Positions 10,145 to 20,644 of a DNA stretch of 46,110 nucleotides are shown here, one piece after another. The position numbers and the translations under genes are program-made. The stretch lies in sequence record SRR22947725_5645; one strand, given 5' to 3'. The notes under the pieces are model-generated. The model was not told the origin of the DNA, ran no database searches, and saw only the letters and a program-made list of their open reading frames with translations. Numbering within the stretch: position 1 is the first letter of the stretch; each line of letters begins with the position of its first letter.

Positions 10145-12435
10145 CGGGTTGCGGCGGTAAAGCCAGGAACACTGCGCTCAAAAACCCGGGTCATGTCACT
10201 GCCAATTTGCATCAACCCTTTGAGTTCAAATGAGAAGAAGATACCGGTCCGAGTTTGAGCATCTATTTGGTATTGGCCTGCCACCCATGTGAGCTTGGGG
10301 TCAAAGGACTTTCTATAAGCCGCGTCAACCGTCCAGCAACAGCCATTGTATGACACACCGAGGAGGGACTCTATATCTTTACTCGCTCGATTATTACGGC
10401 CCCATAATCCCCTAACTTGAAAACCTTTCCCGATTGGGGCTTGTAAGGCGATCTGAGAGACGCTCGATTCAGGCATTATCCCGGCCTGCCCAAACAAATG
10501 CTCGGCAGTTCTATATCGATGCTGGAGGCTGATCAAGGTTGAACCGCCTGGCCGATAAGACAGGCTGAGGAATCCAGAGGCGATCGCCTGCTGTTGGTGC
10601 TGATACGAAAGATCAATTCGACCCGTGATGGCGCCAGCGCTCGTGAGTTCCGCTTGAAAGTCGGTTTGATGCCCGCGACGACCACCGCGGGCGGGTTGGT
10701 CTGTGGTTGCTTGATACGATTGTCCCACACTGATGCGGCCGAGTTGATGGCCGCTGGATCGTTCTAGCCAGCGGTGGTCAACACCCAGTGCGAGGGTATG
10801 GCCCGAGACGCCCCAATCGGCGCCGACGGACGCATAAGGGTTGAACATGGAGGGGTAGTTGGGTTCGAGCCAGGCGGAATCGATACCGAATTGTGGTTGA
10901 TCGCGATGGTTACGACCCAGCGTGATCGAAATCTTGGGTTCAAGAATGCGATCGATCGAACGGGTGCCGCCTTGATGTGTGAGCCGAGTCCCGGCTAAAA
11001 CGTGCAGGAATGGGCTGTTGAAAACGGGTCCGGCTTCCGCCTCTTGCGTTGCTCGATATCGTCGAAGCTTTGCGCCAACGGTGCTTTGTACGTAGCCCAG
11101 CGCGTTCTCGTAAGGCCAAGTTAATTGTGCATCGAATACCTGACGCTGACCCTGAAAAGTGTCCGGGTCTGGATCCTGCATGCGTGATTCTGTCAGACGT
11201 AGGCGGGTTGTCCCACGTAAACGTCCCAAAGATCGGTTGTATTGAATATCGAGTTCCGGGCGCTTTTCAATTTGTTGATTCAGTTGCGGCACGAGCATCT
11301 GAAACCCTTGATAGGATAAATCAGCCTTTAAATGGGTGCGTTCATACTGCAGGGAGATCCGTTGATTCAAAGCCGGTAAAATGCTGCCGTATTGGGGGTT
11401 GGCTGGACGAAGTCCGCCCAGATGACCACTGTAGGGGGCCAGATCACTATCGAAATCGCGTAAGAAGTTTAGGTCCGAGGCCTTGCTGAAATTGATTTTG
11501 GTTGTCAGTCCGGCAAGTTTGAAATCGTAAAAAAGACTCATCATGTTGCGGTTAGACGCGTCTTGATTTTGACTCGGTGCCAAGGATCTTAAATCATTGA
11601 CGCGATCCTCTGGCAGAAACGCGCCATTGAATTGCCCTTGTTGGTTAGCCCCAAGGCCTCTGACTTCGGCCTCAAAAAGTTGACCGCGCTGACTCATGTG
11701 CCGTAGACCAAGGGTTGCGTCAAGATCGGAGCGCAAGTTGAAGTAGTATTTTAAATCAGTCTCAACCCCGTTTCGACTGTTCTGAGACAACCCAATGGGT
11801 AAAAAGCCGCTCTGACGTTCGGTCGTTACCGGTATTTTTAAATAAGGTAGGTACAAAACCGGAACCTGTTTGATCCGAAGGACCATATCTTTAACGGTCA
11901 GAGCGCTTTGGACTTGGTCGGCGACCAGTGAACCACTCGAAATCTGCCAAAAGTCAGTGCCGCCGGGACACCGGGTGACCACGCCTTCAGATAGTTCAAA
12001 ACGCTGACGCCCGCTGAGCTTGATTTCGGCAGCACTGCCCCGAAGATTTGATTGGGGCTGTAAAAATTGCGCTTGTTCGACTGATCCCTCCCCGATTAAA
12101 AAGTTACCGGAGGCTCGTGTACCTGTAATGCACAGATTGGCATCCACAATGGAGACGTTATTGTTCAAGGTAATTCGATTGTCGGTAAAGCTCAATTGCG
12201 CATTGTCGGCCTGTAAGCGGACGTCTTTGTTGTAAATTAGGACGTCACCAAAAATTTCAGCAAAGGCGTCCGGGCGAACGTTGGCGCGCAGCGCAGAAAT
12301 GTGTGTGCTGCCGTCAATGCCACTAACGCCCGCAAAATCTGGGTTACGACACTGCGCTGTCGTCAGGCCGATCGATCCGGCAGCGAGCAGGGGCGCGCCT
12401 GCGCAGAGCACGATTAGGGTAAGCAGTGGTCTCAT
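10141..12435 (-). CDS. lptD: LPS-assembly outer-membrane protein LptD
   Basis: N-terminal OstA jellyroll, RQSGFL, YYFNL, YNGCCW and FELKGL motifs. Start placed at MRPLLTLIVL because the longer ORF overlaps the divergent amgK. Confidence 0.92.
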   Translation of the reverse strand: MRPLLTLIVLCAGAPLLAAGSIGLTTAQCRNPDFAGVSGIDGSTHISALRANVRPDAFAEIFGDVLIYNKDVRLQADNAQLSFTDNRITLNNNVSIVDANLCITGTRASGNFLIGEGSVEQAQFLQPQSNLRGSAAEIKLSGRQRFELSEGVVTRCPGGTDFWQISSGSLVADQVQSALTVKDMVLRIKQVPVLYLPYLKIPVTTERQSGFLPIGLSQNSRNGVETDLKYYFNLRSDLDATLGLRHMSQRGQLFEAEVRGLGANQQGQFNGAFLPEDRVNDLRSLAPSQNQDASNRNMMSLFYDFKLAGLTTKINFSKASDLNFLRDFDSDLAPYSGHLGGLRPANPQYGSILPALNQRISLQYERTHLKADLSYQGFQMLVPQLNQQIEKRPELDIQYNRSLGRLRGTTRLRLTESRMQDPDPDTFQGQRQVFDAQLTWPYENALGYVQSTVGAKLRRYRATQEAEAGPVFNSPFLHVLAGTRLTHQGGTRSIDRILEPKISITLGRNHRDQPQFGIDSAWLEPNYPSMFNPYASVGADWGVSGHTLALGVDHRWLERSSGHQLGRISVGQSYQATTDQPARGGRRGHQTDFQAELTSAGAITGRIDLSYQHQQQAIASGFLSLSYRPGGSTLISLQHRYRTAEHLFGQAGIMPESSVSQIALQAPIGKGFQVRGLWGRNNRASKDIESLLGVSYNGCCWTVDAAYRKSFDPKLTWVAGQYQIDAQTRTGIFFSFELKGLMQIGSDMTRVFERSVPGFTAATR

Positions 12436-12540
12436 TCCGAATCGGAGGAACCGATGAGGCATAGTAAACATCTGGGTTTTCGCCGAGGTCCAAGAATAAG
12501 CCATAATGGGGGAGATCAACAGAGAACCCGGAGCCGATTG

Positions 12541-13554
12541 ATGGATACCCGATTGAGACAACTCAGTCATTGGGCCAGTGCCCAATTCCTCCCGGCCGGG
12601 CAAGTAACACTCTCGGCCGCTGATTTTGTTTCGGTTTCGGATGATGCTAGTTTTCGGCGCTATTTTCGCTGCCCGAAACTGGACCGAGCGATCGTGTTCA
12701 TGGATGCGCCACCGGATAAAGAACCGCTTCAAGACTTTCTGGCGATTGGCAATGCGTTGTCTGCGGCGGGTGTGCCTGCACCCGAATTTTTTGCCATCGA
12801 CATTGAAACCGGGTTTTTAGCGCTGTCCGACTTTGGGGACCGACAGTTACTCGGCCTAGTCCAAGATGAGCCTGAAGCTGTTTTGTCGATCCTTTCCGAG
12901 GTGACGGGTTTGCTGAACACCGTGGCAAGGGTTGACTGCACGCTGCCGGTCTATAGTGAGTCGATGTTGCGGGCCGAGATGGACTTGTTCCCAACCTGGT
13001 ATTTGACGCGCCTGTTGGGCTTAACACTGACCGATGCGTTTTGGCCTGTATGGCAAGACGTTTGTGATCGGTTGGTTGCATCCGCACTGGCTGAACCCCA
13101 GGTCTTTGTTCATCGTGATTTTCACAGTCGCAATATCATGGTGCCGTCGAAGGGGGGCTTGGCCCTGCTGGATTTTCAGGATGCGGTGCGGGGGCCGTTG
13201 AGTTATGACCTCGTGTCGTTATTAAAGGATTGCTACATCGAATATGAACCTTGGATGCAGCAGGAACTTGTTGAAGACTATCGACAAGCTTGGCTGTCTG
13301 ATCCGCAGGTCCGGGCTATGACGCCAATCGCGTTTTTTCAGACCTTTGAGCGCATGGGATTACAACGCCATTTAAAATGCGCGGGCATCTTTTCGAGACT
13401 TTGCTTGCGGGATGGTAAATCACGGTACCTAAACGACATTCCGATGGTGATGAAATACGTGGCGACGGTTTGCCAGAGCCAGCCTGAGTTCCGTGATTTT
13501 TTTCAGTGGCTACAAGCCTTTGTCTTGCCAGACCCAATGGGTAGATCCGCATGA
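12541..13554 (+). CDS. amgK: N-acetylmuramate/N-acetylglucosamine kinase (AmgK-like phosphotransferase)
   Basis: DASFRRYFR, HRDFHSRN, DFQDA and GLQRHLK motifs; divergent from lptD and upstream of murU. Confidence 0.88.
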   Translation: MDTRLRQLSHWASAQFLPAGQVTLSAADFVSVSDDASFRRYFRCPKLDRAIVFMDAPPDKEPLQDFLAIGNALSAAGVPAPEFFAIDIETGFLALSDFGDRQLLGLVQDEPEAVLSILSEVTGLLNTVARVDCTLPVYSESMLRAEMDLFPTWYLTRLLGLTLTDAFWPVWQDVCDRLVASALAEPQVFVHRDFHSRNIMVPSKGGLALLDFQDAVRGPLSYDLVSLLKDCYIEYEPWMQQELVEDYRQAWLSDPQVRAMTPIAFFQTFERMGLQRHLKCAGIFSRLCLRDGKSRYLNDIPMVMKYVATVCQSQPEFRDFFQWLQAFVLPDPMGRSA

Positions 13555-14222
13555 AAGCGCTGTTGCTGGCGGCAGGCCGGGGTGAGCGGATGGGTGCGCT
13601 CACCCATAATTGTCCAAAGCCGCTCTTGTCGATTGGCAAAGAGCGGCTCATTGAACGACATTTGAGGCGGTTGAAGGCCGCTGGGGTCGATGAGGTCGTG
13701 GTGAACTTGTATTACTTGGGCTCTCAGATCAAAGCGCAGTTGGGTGATGGTAGGTCTTATGGGGTCCGAATTGTCTATTCTGAGGAATCATCCCTTTTAG
13801 ATACGGGTGGCGGCGCCCGAGCCGCGTTGTCTCTGCTGGGCAATGATGCCCCCTTTTTGATGATCAGCAGTGATGTGGTGACCGATTTTGATTTTAGAGC
13901 GCTCACGCAACTTACGCCGGATCTTGCGCATTTGGTTCTGGTGCAGAATCCCGCACATCACCCAAGCGGAGATTTTTCACTGAACGCCAAGGGGGCGGTT
14001 TTGCCTGGATCAGCATTAACTTATTCCGGGATTGGCGTGATCGCGCCGGCGCTCATTCAGTCGTCGACGAAAGCCTGCTTTGCCATGCGCGAGGTGTTGT
14101 TTCCGGCGGCCGAGCAAGGTCGTCTGACCGGTTGTGTCCATGATGGCTATTGGTCGGATGTCGGCACACCTGATCGGCTGCAGAACACGCAGGCAGATTT
14201 TGAGGCTGGTCTGTGTCGTTGA
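13551..14222 (+). CDS. murU: MurNAc-alpha-1-phosphate uridylyltransferase
   Basis: LAAGRGERM, PKPLL, DTGGG and WSDVGTP motifs; ATGA overlap with amgK. Confidence 0.88.
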   Translation: MKALLLAAGRGERMGALTHNCPKPLLSIGKERLIERHLRRLKAAGVDEVVVNLYYLGSQIKAQLGDGRSYGVRIVYSEESSLLDTGGGARAALSLLGNDAPFLMISSDVVTDFDFRALTQLTPDLAHLVLVQNPAHHPSGDFSLNAKGAVLPGSALTYSGIGVIAPALIQSSTKACFAMREVLFPAAEQGRLTGCVHDGYWSDVGTPDRLQNTQADFEAGLCR

Positions 14223-14324
14223 TCAGTTGGATCCTGTAAACTGCTCGCCCTAAGCCGGGCGCAGAGCAAGCAGTGTGCCGTGATGCCTTGTTGAATTGAC
14301 GCTCATGCCGAGCAAGAGGGGTCT

Positions 14325-14996
14325 ATGAAAAACGATAGTTGGATCGCGCCGTCGATATTAGCGGCCGATTTTGCCCGGCTAGGGGCCGAAGTCGATGCCG
14401 TGCTCGAGGCCGGTGCCGACATCATCCATTTTGATGTCATGGACAACCATTACGTCCCGAATTTGACCATTGGCCCAATGGTCTGCCAGGCCTTAAGACA
14501 GTACGGCATTGCCGCGCCCATTGATGTGCATTTGATGGTTGAACCGGTTGATCGAATGATTGGCGACTTTATTGAGGCGGGTGCCAGCTACATTACCTTT
14601 CACCCGGAAGCGTCGCGACATGTCGACCGTTCACTTGAACTGGTAAAATCGGCCAACGTCAAAGCTGGATTGGTTTTAAATCCTGCGACGCCGATCTCGT
14701 GCCTCGATTATGTGATGGACAAAGTCGATATGATCCTGGTGATGTCGATTAACCCAGGGTTTGGTGGCCAGACGTTTATTGATACAACCCACCGTAAAAT
14801 TCAGGCCATTCGCGCTTTGATTGACGATAGTGGTCGGGATATTCGGCTTGAGGTCGATGGTGGCGTTAAAGTGGATAACATCGCCGCGATTCAGGCATCC
14901 GGCGCCGACACGTTTGTTGCAGGTTCGGCTATTTTTGGACGTCCAGACTATGCCGCAACGATTCAATCGATGCGCGCGGCGCTTGCCGCTGCCTAG
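14325..14996 (+). CDS. rpe: Ribulose-phosphate 3-epimerase
   Basis: [25 protein letters not shown] and EVDGG motifs. Confidence 0.98.
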   Translation: MKNDSWIAPSILAADFARLGAEVDAVLEAGADIIHFDVMDNHYVPNLTIGPMVCQALRQYGIAAPIDVHLMVEPVDRMIGDFIEAGASYITFHPEASRHVDRSLELVKSANVKAGLVLNPATPISCLDYVMDKVDMILVMSINPGFGGQTFIDTTHRKIQAIRALIDDSGRDIRLEVDGGVKVDNIAAIQASGADTFVAGSAIFGRPDYAATIQSMRAALAAA

Positions 14997-15002
14997 GTTG
15001 AG

Positions 15003-16529
15003 ATGACGGACTTGGCCCACAACACGCCCGCCTACCTTGCCACGCTTTTGGCCGAGGGATGCCGGCACTTGCCGGTTTGTCGGGAACTGGTCGCGGATTT
15101 TGAAACCCCCTTGTCGTGCTATGCCAAAGTGGCGCGAGGACCCTACAGCTACCTGCTAGAGTCGGCCAACCAAGGCGGCGAGAAGTGGTCTCGATTTTCG
15201 ATCATTGGCTTGCCGGCAAGACGGATTTTAAGAGTTATCGGTGATCGACTGACGTTGACTGATAATGGCGCGCTCGTTAGAGATGAGGTGATTGAAGACC
15301 CGCTGGCCGAGATTGCTCAACTCCAAGAAGCCTTTAGTTACCCAAGCTGCGCGGGGATGCCGAACTACACCGGTGGCCTTGTGGGTTACTTCGGGTATGA
15401 CACGGTTCGCTATGTCGAGCCTAAAATCAAAGATTCAGCCCCCCCGGACGAGCTGGGTTCTGCCGATATTGTTTTAATGGTTTCCGACGATGTCATCGTG
15501 TTTGATAACGTCAAGGGTCGAATGCACCTTGTGACCCACGTGAGCGATCTGAGTCCGGATCAGATGAATCAAGCCGCGCTGCGTTTAGATGCGATGCAAG
15601 GCTGTTTGAAAGGGGCGCTGCCGGATGAGTTCGTTGCGCCAAAGGTTTCTCCGAAACTCGAAGAGCATGATTTTATTTCGTCTTATGGCGAAGATCAGTT
15701 CAAGGTGGATGTGGCGCACCTGAAAGAATACATTGCGGCTGGCGACGTGATGCAGGTGATTTTGTCCCAACGTTTGTCGTGCAGCTTTGAAGCGGCGCCG
15801 CTGAATCTCTACCGGGCCCTGCGCGCCTTGAACCCCTCGCCCTATATGTATTTTATGGACTTAGAGACCGTTCAGATTGTGTCGTCATCGCCTGAAATTT
15901 TGGCGCGTTTGGAGCATGGAGAGGTGACCGTTCGTCCGCTTGCGGGGACTCGGCGGCGGGGCAGGTCCCCAGAAGAAGATCTTGAGATGGAACGTGAGTT
16001 GCGGGCGGATCCCAAGGAGCAAGCAGAGCACTTGATGCTCATCGATCTCGGCCGTAATGATATTGGTCGGGTCTGCGAAACGGGAACCGTTGCGGTTTCA
16101 GAGATGATGACCATTGAGCGATACGCCCATGTGATGCATTTAGCATCCAACGTGTGCGGTCGTTTGAAGCCAAACCTCACAGCCATTGATGTCCTTAAAG
16201 CGACCTTGCCGGTGGGGACTTTGAGCGGCGCACCCAAAGTTCGCGCCATGGAATTGATTGATGCGTTTGAGCCTGTGAAGCGCGGTATTTTTGGGGGCGC
16301 AGTCGGGTATCTGTCTTGGCAAGGCCAAATGGATACCGCCATTGCAATTAGAACGGCGGTCATTCAGAACGGCAGGTTGTTTGTCCAGGCGGGCGCTGGC
16401 ATCGTGGCAGATTCTGAGCCCCATCTTGAATGGAAGGAAACCCTCAATAAAGCGCGCTCGGTCATGCAGGCTGCAATGATTGCCGAAGACGGTCTAAGGT
16501 TTCGTGATTCGAGCGAGGACAATCGATGA
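15003..16529 (+). CDS. trpE: Anthranilate synthase component I
   Basis: YLLES, NPSPYM, EHLMLIDLGRND and GTLSGAPK motifs. Confidence 0.96.
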   Translation: MTDLAHNTPAYLATLLAEGCRHLPVCRELVADFETPLSCYAKVARGPYSYLLESANQGGEKWSRFSIIGLPARRILRVIGDRLTLTDNGALVRDEVIEDPLAEIAQLQEAFSYPSCAGMPNYTGGLVGYFGYDTVRYVEPKIKDSAPPDELGSADIVLMVSDDVIVFDNVKGRMHLVTHVSDLSPDQMNQAALRLDAMQGCLKGALPDEFVAPKVSPKLEEHDFISSYGEDQFKVDVAHLKEYIAAGDVMQVILSQRLSCSFEAAPLNLYRALRALNPSPYMYFMDLETVQIVSSSPEILARLEHGEVTVRPLAGTRRRGRSPEEDLEMERELRADPKEQAEHLMLIDLGRNDIGRVCETGTVAVSEMMTIERYAHVMHLASNVCGRLKPNLTAIDVLKATLPVGTLSGAPKVRAMELIDAFEPVKRGIFGGAVGYLSWQGQMDTAIAIRTAVIQNGRLFVQAGAGIVADSEPHLEWKETLNKARSVMQAAMIAEDGLRFRDSSEDNR

Positions 16530-16587
16530 AGGTCATTGACGGTCATGGAATAGGTTGTTTTAAGCGCTGCGCGCCTCGAGGTTCCAG

Positions 16588-17178
16588 ATGTTATTGATGA
16601 TTGATAACTATGACTCCTTTACGTACAACGTGGTGCAATATCTCGCGGAATTGGGCGCAGAGGTTAAGGTGGTGCGCAACGATGAGATTTCGGTTGATGA
16701 TGTTCAGGCGTTAAAACCGAGCCACATTGTTATTTCCCCTGGACCTTGCACGCCCAATGAGGCGGGTATTTCGATGGGCGTGATTGATCGGTTTCGCGGC
16801 GTGATCCCGATATTAGGCGTTTGTTTGGGTCATCAAAGTATCGGTCAGGTGTATGGCGGAGCGGTCGTGCGCGCCCCTCGGGTGATGCATGGTAAAACCT
16901 CCGAGATTTTCCACACAGGGGTTGGCGTCTTTAGCGGTCTGCCCAGCCCGTTCGTGGCGACGCGCTATCACTCTTTGGTGCTTGCGCCAGATTCGCTGCC
17001 GGATACGCTGGAGGTCACTGCGTGGACTTCGTTTGAAGACGGCTCGATGGAGGCCATTATGGGCGTGAGACAAGTGGCTGACGGGGTCGAAGGGGTGCAA
17101 TTTCACCCTGAGTCGATTTTGACCGAGCACGGACACGCGTTGCTGAATAACTTTTTAACTCAAGGCCTTGGCGTATGA
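16588..17178 (+). CDS. trpG: Anthranilate synthase component II (glutamine amidotransferase)
   Basis: [24 protein letters not shown] and QFHPES motifs. Confidence 0.95.
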   Translation: MLLMIDNYDSFTYNVVQYLAELGAEVKVVRNDEISVDDVQALKPSHIVISPGPCTPNEAGISMGVIDRFRGVIPILGVCLGHQSIGQVYGGAVVRAPRVMHGKTSEIFHTGVGVFSGLPSPFVATRYHSLVLAPDSLPDTLEVTAWTSFEDGSMEAIMGVRQVADGVEGVQFHPESILTEHGHALLNNFLTQGLGV

Positions 17179-18206
17179 GCTTACCGACGCTGTTAGCAAA
17201 TTTAGTGGCACAAAAGGATCTTTCTGACGAGCAGATGACGTTGTTGATGCATGCCATTATGACGGGCGAGGCAACCGAGGCTCAGATCGGCTCGGCCCTG
17301 ACTGCTTTGCGCATTAAAGGGGAAACCGTTGTAGAGATTGCGGCGGCGGCCAAAGTGATGAGAGCATTGGCGGCGCGGGTCACGGTGGACACAAGCGGCC
17401 TCGTTGATACCTGCGGCACCGGTGGCAGCGGCTCGAACAAGTTTAATGTCTCAACCGCGAGCGCCTTTGTCGCAGCCGGCGCGGGTATCAAGGTCGCAAA
17501 GCACGGCAACCGGGCAGCATCAGGAAAGAGCGGTAGTGCGGACGTTCTGGAAAGCGCTGGCGTTCACCTTACGTTAACGCCCGCCCAAGTTGCGCAATGT
17601 ATTGATGTGGTTGGGCTAGGGTTTTTGTTTGCGGTGAATCACCACGGCGCGATGCGACACGCCATTGGTCCCCGAAAAGAGCTGCAGTTCCGAACCGTCT
17701 TTAATTTATTAGGGCCGCTCACAAACCCGGCGGGTGCCGAAAATCAGGTATTGGGGGTGTTTGATCGCGCCTGGGTGCGGCCGATGGCTGAGGTCCTTAA
17801 AAAGCTGGGTAGCCAACGGGTACTGGTTGTGCATTCTGAGGATGGGCTCGATGAGATTAGTATCGCAGCGCCAACACGCGTGGCTGAGTTGGTGAATGGC
17901 GAAATTTCCGAATATGACATCCGACCAGAAGATTTTGGAATGAAAGCGCAGACTTGGGCTGGGCTAACGGTTCAAGATAGCCGCGAAAGTCTGACTTTGG
18001 TGAAAGCCGCTTTGTCTGGCGAGCACACTCTGGCCAGTCAGTTTGTTACCTTAAATGCCGGCGCCGCAATTTATGTGGGGGGTGGTAGCCAAACCTTAAA
18101 GGGCGGCATTGCGCTGGCCGAAGACGTCATTGCCAGTGGTGCGGCGACTGAAAAACTCCGGTTTCTTGTTGAGTTCAGTCAGCAGCTCGGAGCGCTCTCA
18201 TCATGA
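17175..18206 (+). CDS. trpD: Anthranilate phosphoribosyltransferase
   Basis: [22 protein letters not shown] and DGLDEIS motifs. Confidence 0.97.
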   Translation: MSLPTLLANLVAQKDLSDEQMTLLMHAIMTGEATEAQIGSALTALRIKGETVVEIAAAAKVMRALAARVTVDTSGLVDTCGTGGSGSNKFNVSTASAFVAAGAGIKVAKHGNRAASGKSGSADVLESAGVHLTLTPAQVAQCIDVVGLGFLFAVNHHGAMRHAIGPRKELQFRTVFNLLGPLTNPAGAENQVLGVFDRAWVRPMAEVLKKLGSQRVLVVHSEDGLDEISIAAPTRVAELVNGEISEYDIRPEDFGMKAQTWAGLTVQDSRESLTLVKAALSGEHTLASQFVTLNAGAAIYVGGGSQTLKGGIALAEDVIASGAATEKLRFLVEFSQQLGALSS

Positions 18207-19024
18207 CAACCCCCACAGTCCTTGAAAAAATTATTGCAGAGAAACGAAAGCATATCGCAGCGCAGCGAGTCCATCGTCAGATAGACCCAAAGGCGTTGCA
18301 TCGGCCATCAAGCGTCCGAGGTTTTTCAGATGCCCTTAAAGCCAAGCAGGCCCTTGGGTTGCCCGCGGTTATTGCTGAGATTAAAAAAGGCTCGCCGTCT
18401 AAAGGCGTTATCCGCCCTAACTTTGACGTCGCATCGATTGCCGCGTCCTATGAACGTCACGGCGCTGCTTGCTTGTCTTGTTTAACGGACGAGCCGTTCT
18501 TTTTTGGGTGTGATGCAGACCTGGCGACGGCGCGCTCGAGCGCTGCCTTACCCGTCTTGCGCAAAGACTTTATCATTGATGAATTTCAAATTTATGAGTC
18601 GTTTGAGCTCGGTGCGGATTGTATTTTGTTAATCGTGTCTGCCTTGACAGATGAGGCGCTGGATGCGTTTTACGCGTTGGCGATCGGGCTGGGTCTAGAC
18701 GTGTTGATTGAAGTTCATGACGCCGCAGAATGTCAGCGGGCGCTTCGATTAGCACCAAAACTCTTGGGCATTAATAACCGGAATTTGCATGACTTTTCTG
18801 TCAGTCTGGATACAACCCTTGGACTGCTGACGCAGATCCCGTCTGAGACCTTGATCATTACTGAAAGTGGTATTCATACTGAGTCCGATGTGCATTCAAT
18901 GTGGACCTCCGGCGTTGGCACGTTCTTAGTTGGTGAGGCGTTTATGCGGCACCCCGAACCGGGCGAAAGACTGAGCGCGTTGTTTGGGGCGATCCAAACA
19001 ACAGCGACAAGCAAAAGCGATTAA
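18203..19024 (+). CDS. trpC: Indole-3-glycerol phosphate synthase
   Basis: IAEIKKGSPSKG, LRKDFI, GINNRNL and ESGI motifs. Confidence 0.97.
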   Translation: MTTPTVLEKIIAEKRKHIAAQRVHRQIDPKALHRPSSVRGFSDALKAKQALGLPAVIAEIKKGSPSKGVIRPNFDVASIAASYERHGAACLSCLTDEPFFFGCDADLATARSSAALPVLRKDFIIDEFQIYESFELGADCILLIVSALTDEALDAFYALAIGLGLDVLIEVHDAAECQRALRLAPKLLGINNRNLHDFSVSLDTTLGLLTQIPSETLIITESGIHTESDVHSMWTSGVGTFLVGEAFMRHPEPGERLSALFGAIQTTATSKSD

Positions 19025-19058
19025 GAACGCCTCTTGCCTTGGGTCTTCGGCCTAGCTT

Positions 19059-19080
19059 GGGCCGGGTTGTCGCCCGGCCC
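19059..19080. terminator. GC-rich hairpin after trpC (possible terminator or processing stem)
   Basis: GGGCCGGG-ttgtcg-CCCGGCCC forms a perfect 8-bp stem; no U-tract follows. Confidence 0.35.
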
Positions 19081-19166
19081 GTATCTCAGGGCAGGGCTTT
19101 AGGTTTTGTTTATTGGATAAAGCGCGGCGGTCATAACCCAGAAACTCGGATAACGGAGAAGGCAAA

Positions 19167-19592
19167 ATGAAAGCGATGGTGCAGTGGCAGAGCGAGGTGT
19201 GTTTTCTGGCGAGGTCTGAGACGGGCCATCAACTACTGCTCGATGGGCCTGAAGAAGCCGGTGGTCAAAATAAAGGGCCGCGTCCCATGGAGCTCGTGCT
19301 GATGGGGTTGGGCGGCTGTGCCAGCTACGACGTTGTTTCAATTCTTAAGAAGGCTCGGCAAAAGGTATTGGACTGCAAGGTTGAGCTGTCTGCTGATCGC
19401 GCGGAGGCAACACCTGCTGTTTTTACCAAAATCCACCTTCATTTTGTGATTCAGGGAGAGGGCATCAGCGAGCAGCATGTCGGGCGAGCGGTCCAGCTCT
19501 CGGCGGAAAAGTATTGTTCTGCGTCCAAAATGCTGGAAGCCGGTGGGGTTGAGATTACGCACAGCTTTGAGATTCAGGCGGTGTCGATATGA
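19167..19592 (+). CDS. OsmC/YhfA family protein
   Basis: GPRPMELVLMGLGGC and AVQLSAEKYCSAS motifs. Confidence 0.92.
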   Translation: MKAMVQWQSEVCFLARSETGHQLLLDGPEEAGGQNKGPRPMELVLMGLGGCASYDVVSILKKARQKVLDCKVELSADRAEATPAVFTKIHLHFVIQGEGISEQHVGRAVQLSAEKYCSASKMLEAGGVEITHSFEIQAVSI

Positions 19593-19996
19593 AGCGGCCA
19601 GGCAAAACCCAAGGCCTGCGTCATATTGCGTTGTTTGTGCCGGATTTGGTTGCAGCAGAGCACTTTTTCGTGGATCTGATGGGGATGACGATTGAATGGC
19701 GGCCGGATCCTGACAATGTGTATTTGACATCGGGTAATGATAATTTGGCGCTCCATCAGGTGGAGACAGTGGACGGGCAAGGTTCTCTGGACCACATTGG
19801 GTTCTTCATTAACGACCCGGATGAGGTCCAGGCTTGGTTTGAATTCTTACAAGCAAGCGGCGTGGAGACGCTAACCGAGCCCAGAACCCATCGAGATGGC
19901 GCGATCAGTTTTTACTGTGTCGGCCCCGCTTTGATTCGGGTGCAGGTGATCTATCATCCGCCCATCGCATCCAAAGAAGGACTCGTCGGCCCTTAA
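19589..19996 (+). CDS. VOC (glyoxalase/bleomycin resistance) family protein
   Basis: GLRHIALFVPDL, LDHIGF and HRDGAISFY motifs; ATGA overlap with the OsmC gene. Confidence 0.85.
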   Translation: MKRPGKTQGLRHIALFVPDLVAAEHFFVDLMGMTIEWRPDPDNVYLTSGNDNLALHQVETVDGQGSLDHIGFFINDPDEVQAWFEFLQASGVETLTEPRTHRDGAISFYCVGPALIRVQVIYHPPIASKEGLVGP

Positions 19997-20011
19997 TCGC
20001 CACTTTGACGC

Positions 20012-20644
20012 TTAGATCCAACGGGTCGAGTTCGTCATGAGTGCGGATTGAAGGGCCATGAGCTTTTTAATGGCGGCGGGGTATGGCGCGCCACCTTCAT
20101 CAAGGGCCGCCTGTTCATGGCCGGCTTCATCGGCTTGCATTTGAGCAATGATTTCCCGAGTCCGATGGTCGCCCTCTGGAAGCTCCGCCAAGTGTCGGTC
20201 CAGATGCTTGCAAACCTCTTCTTCGGTTGCGGCAATAAAACCCAGACTCACCTTATCCCCCATTAATCCGGTTGCGGCGCCAACCATAAACGAGGCGCCA
20301 TACCAAAAGGGATTTAAATAACTGGTTTGTCCGTTGAGTTCGCGCAACCGCTCCTGGCACCAGACAAGGTGCTTTTGTTCATCTTCTGCGGCGTGCTCTA
20401 AATGCGCTTTGGTTGAATCATTACGGGCACTGAGCATTTGGCCGTGGTAGAGGCCTTGGGCGCAGACTTCACCGCAATGATTAACGCGCATGAGTTGTCG
20501 GGATTTTGATTGTTCGTCTGATGTTAATGCATCGTCTCGGCTGTCATATTCGAAGCTATTCGCGACGGGTAAGGTGCCGGTTAGGGTCTTCAGGCTGCGA
20601 TCGATGTGGCCCAGTAGCTGGTCAGTCCAGTGCAAGGCTCTCAT
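20012..20644 (-). CDS. coq7: Demethoxyubiquinone hydroxylase Coq7
   Basis: MRVNHCGEVCAQGLY plus di-iron ExxH motifs (EDEQKH, DEAGH). Confidence 0.93.
   Translation of the reverse strand: MRALHWTDQLLGHIDRSLKTLTGTLPVANSFEYDSRDDALTSDEQSKSRQLMRVNHCGEVCAQGLYHGQMLSARNDSTKAHLEHAAEDEQKHLVWCQERLRELNGQTSYLNPFWYGASFMVGAATGLMGDKVSLGFIAATEEEVCKHLDRHLAELPEGDHRTREIIAQMQADEAGHEQAALDEGGAPYPAAIKKLMALQSALMTNSTRWI

Noticed and set aside
12436-12732. Apparent head-to-head overlap of the lptD and amgK ORFs
   Set aside because: Artefact of longest-ORF start calling; plausible starts at 12435 (-) and 12541 (+) leave a normal divergent gap.
16530-16587. trpE-trpG junction, a known pyocin/tailocin insertion site in P. 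aeruginosa
   Set aside because: Only 58 bp with no phage-like remnant; the site is empty.
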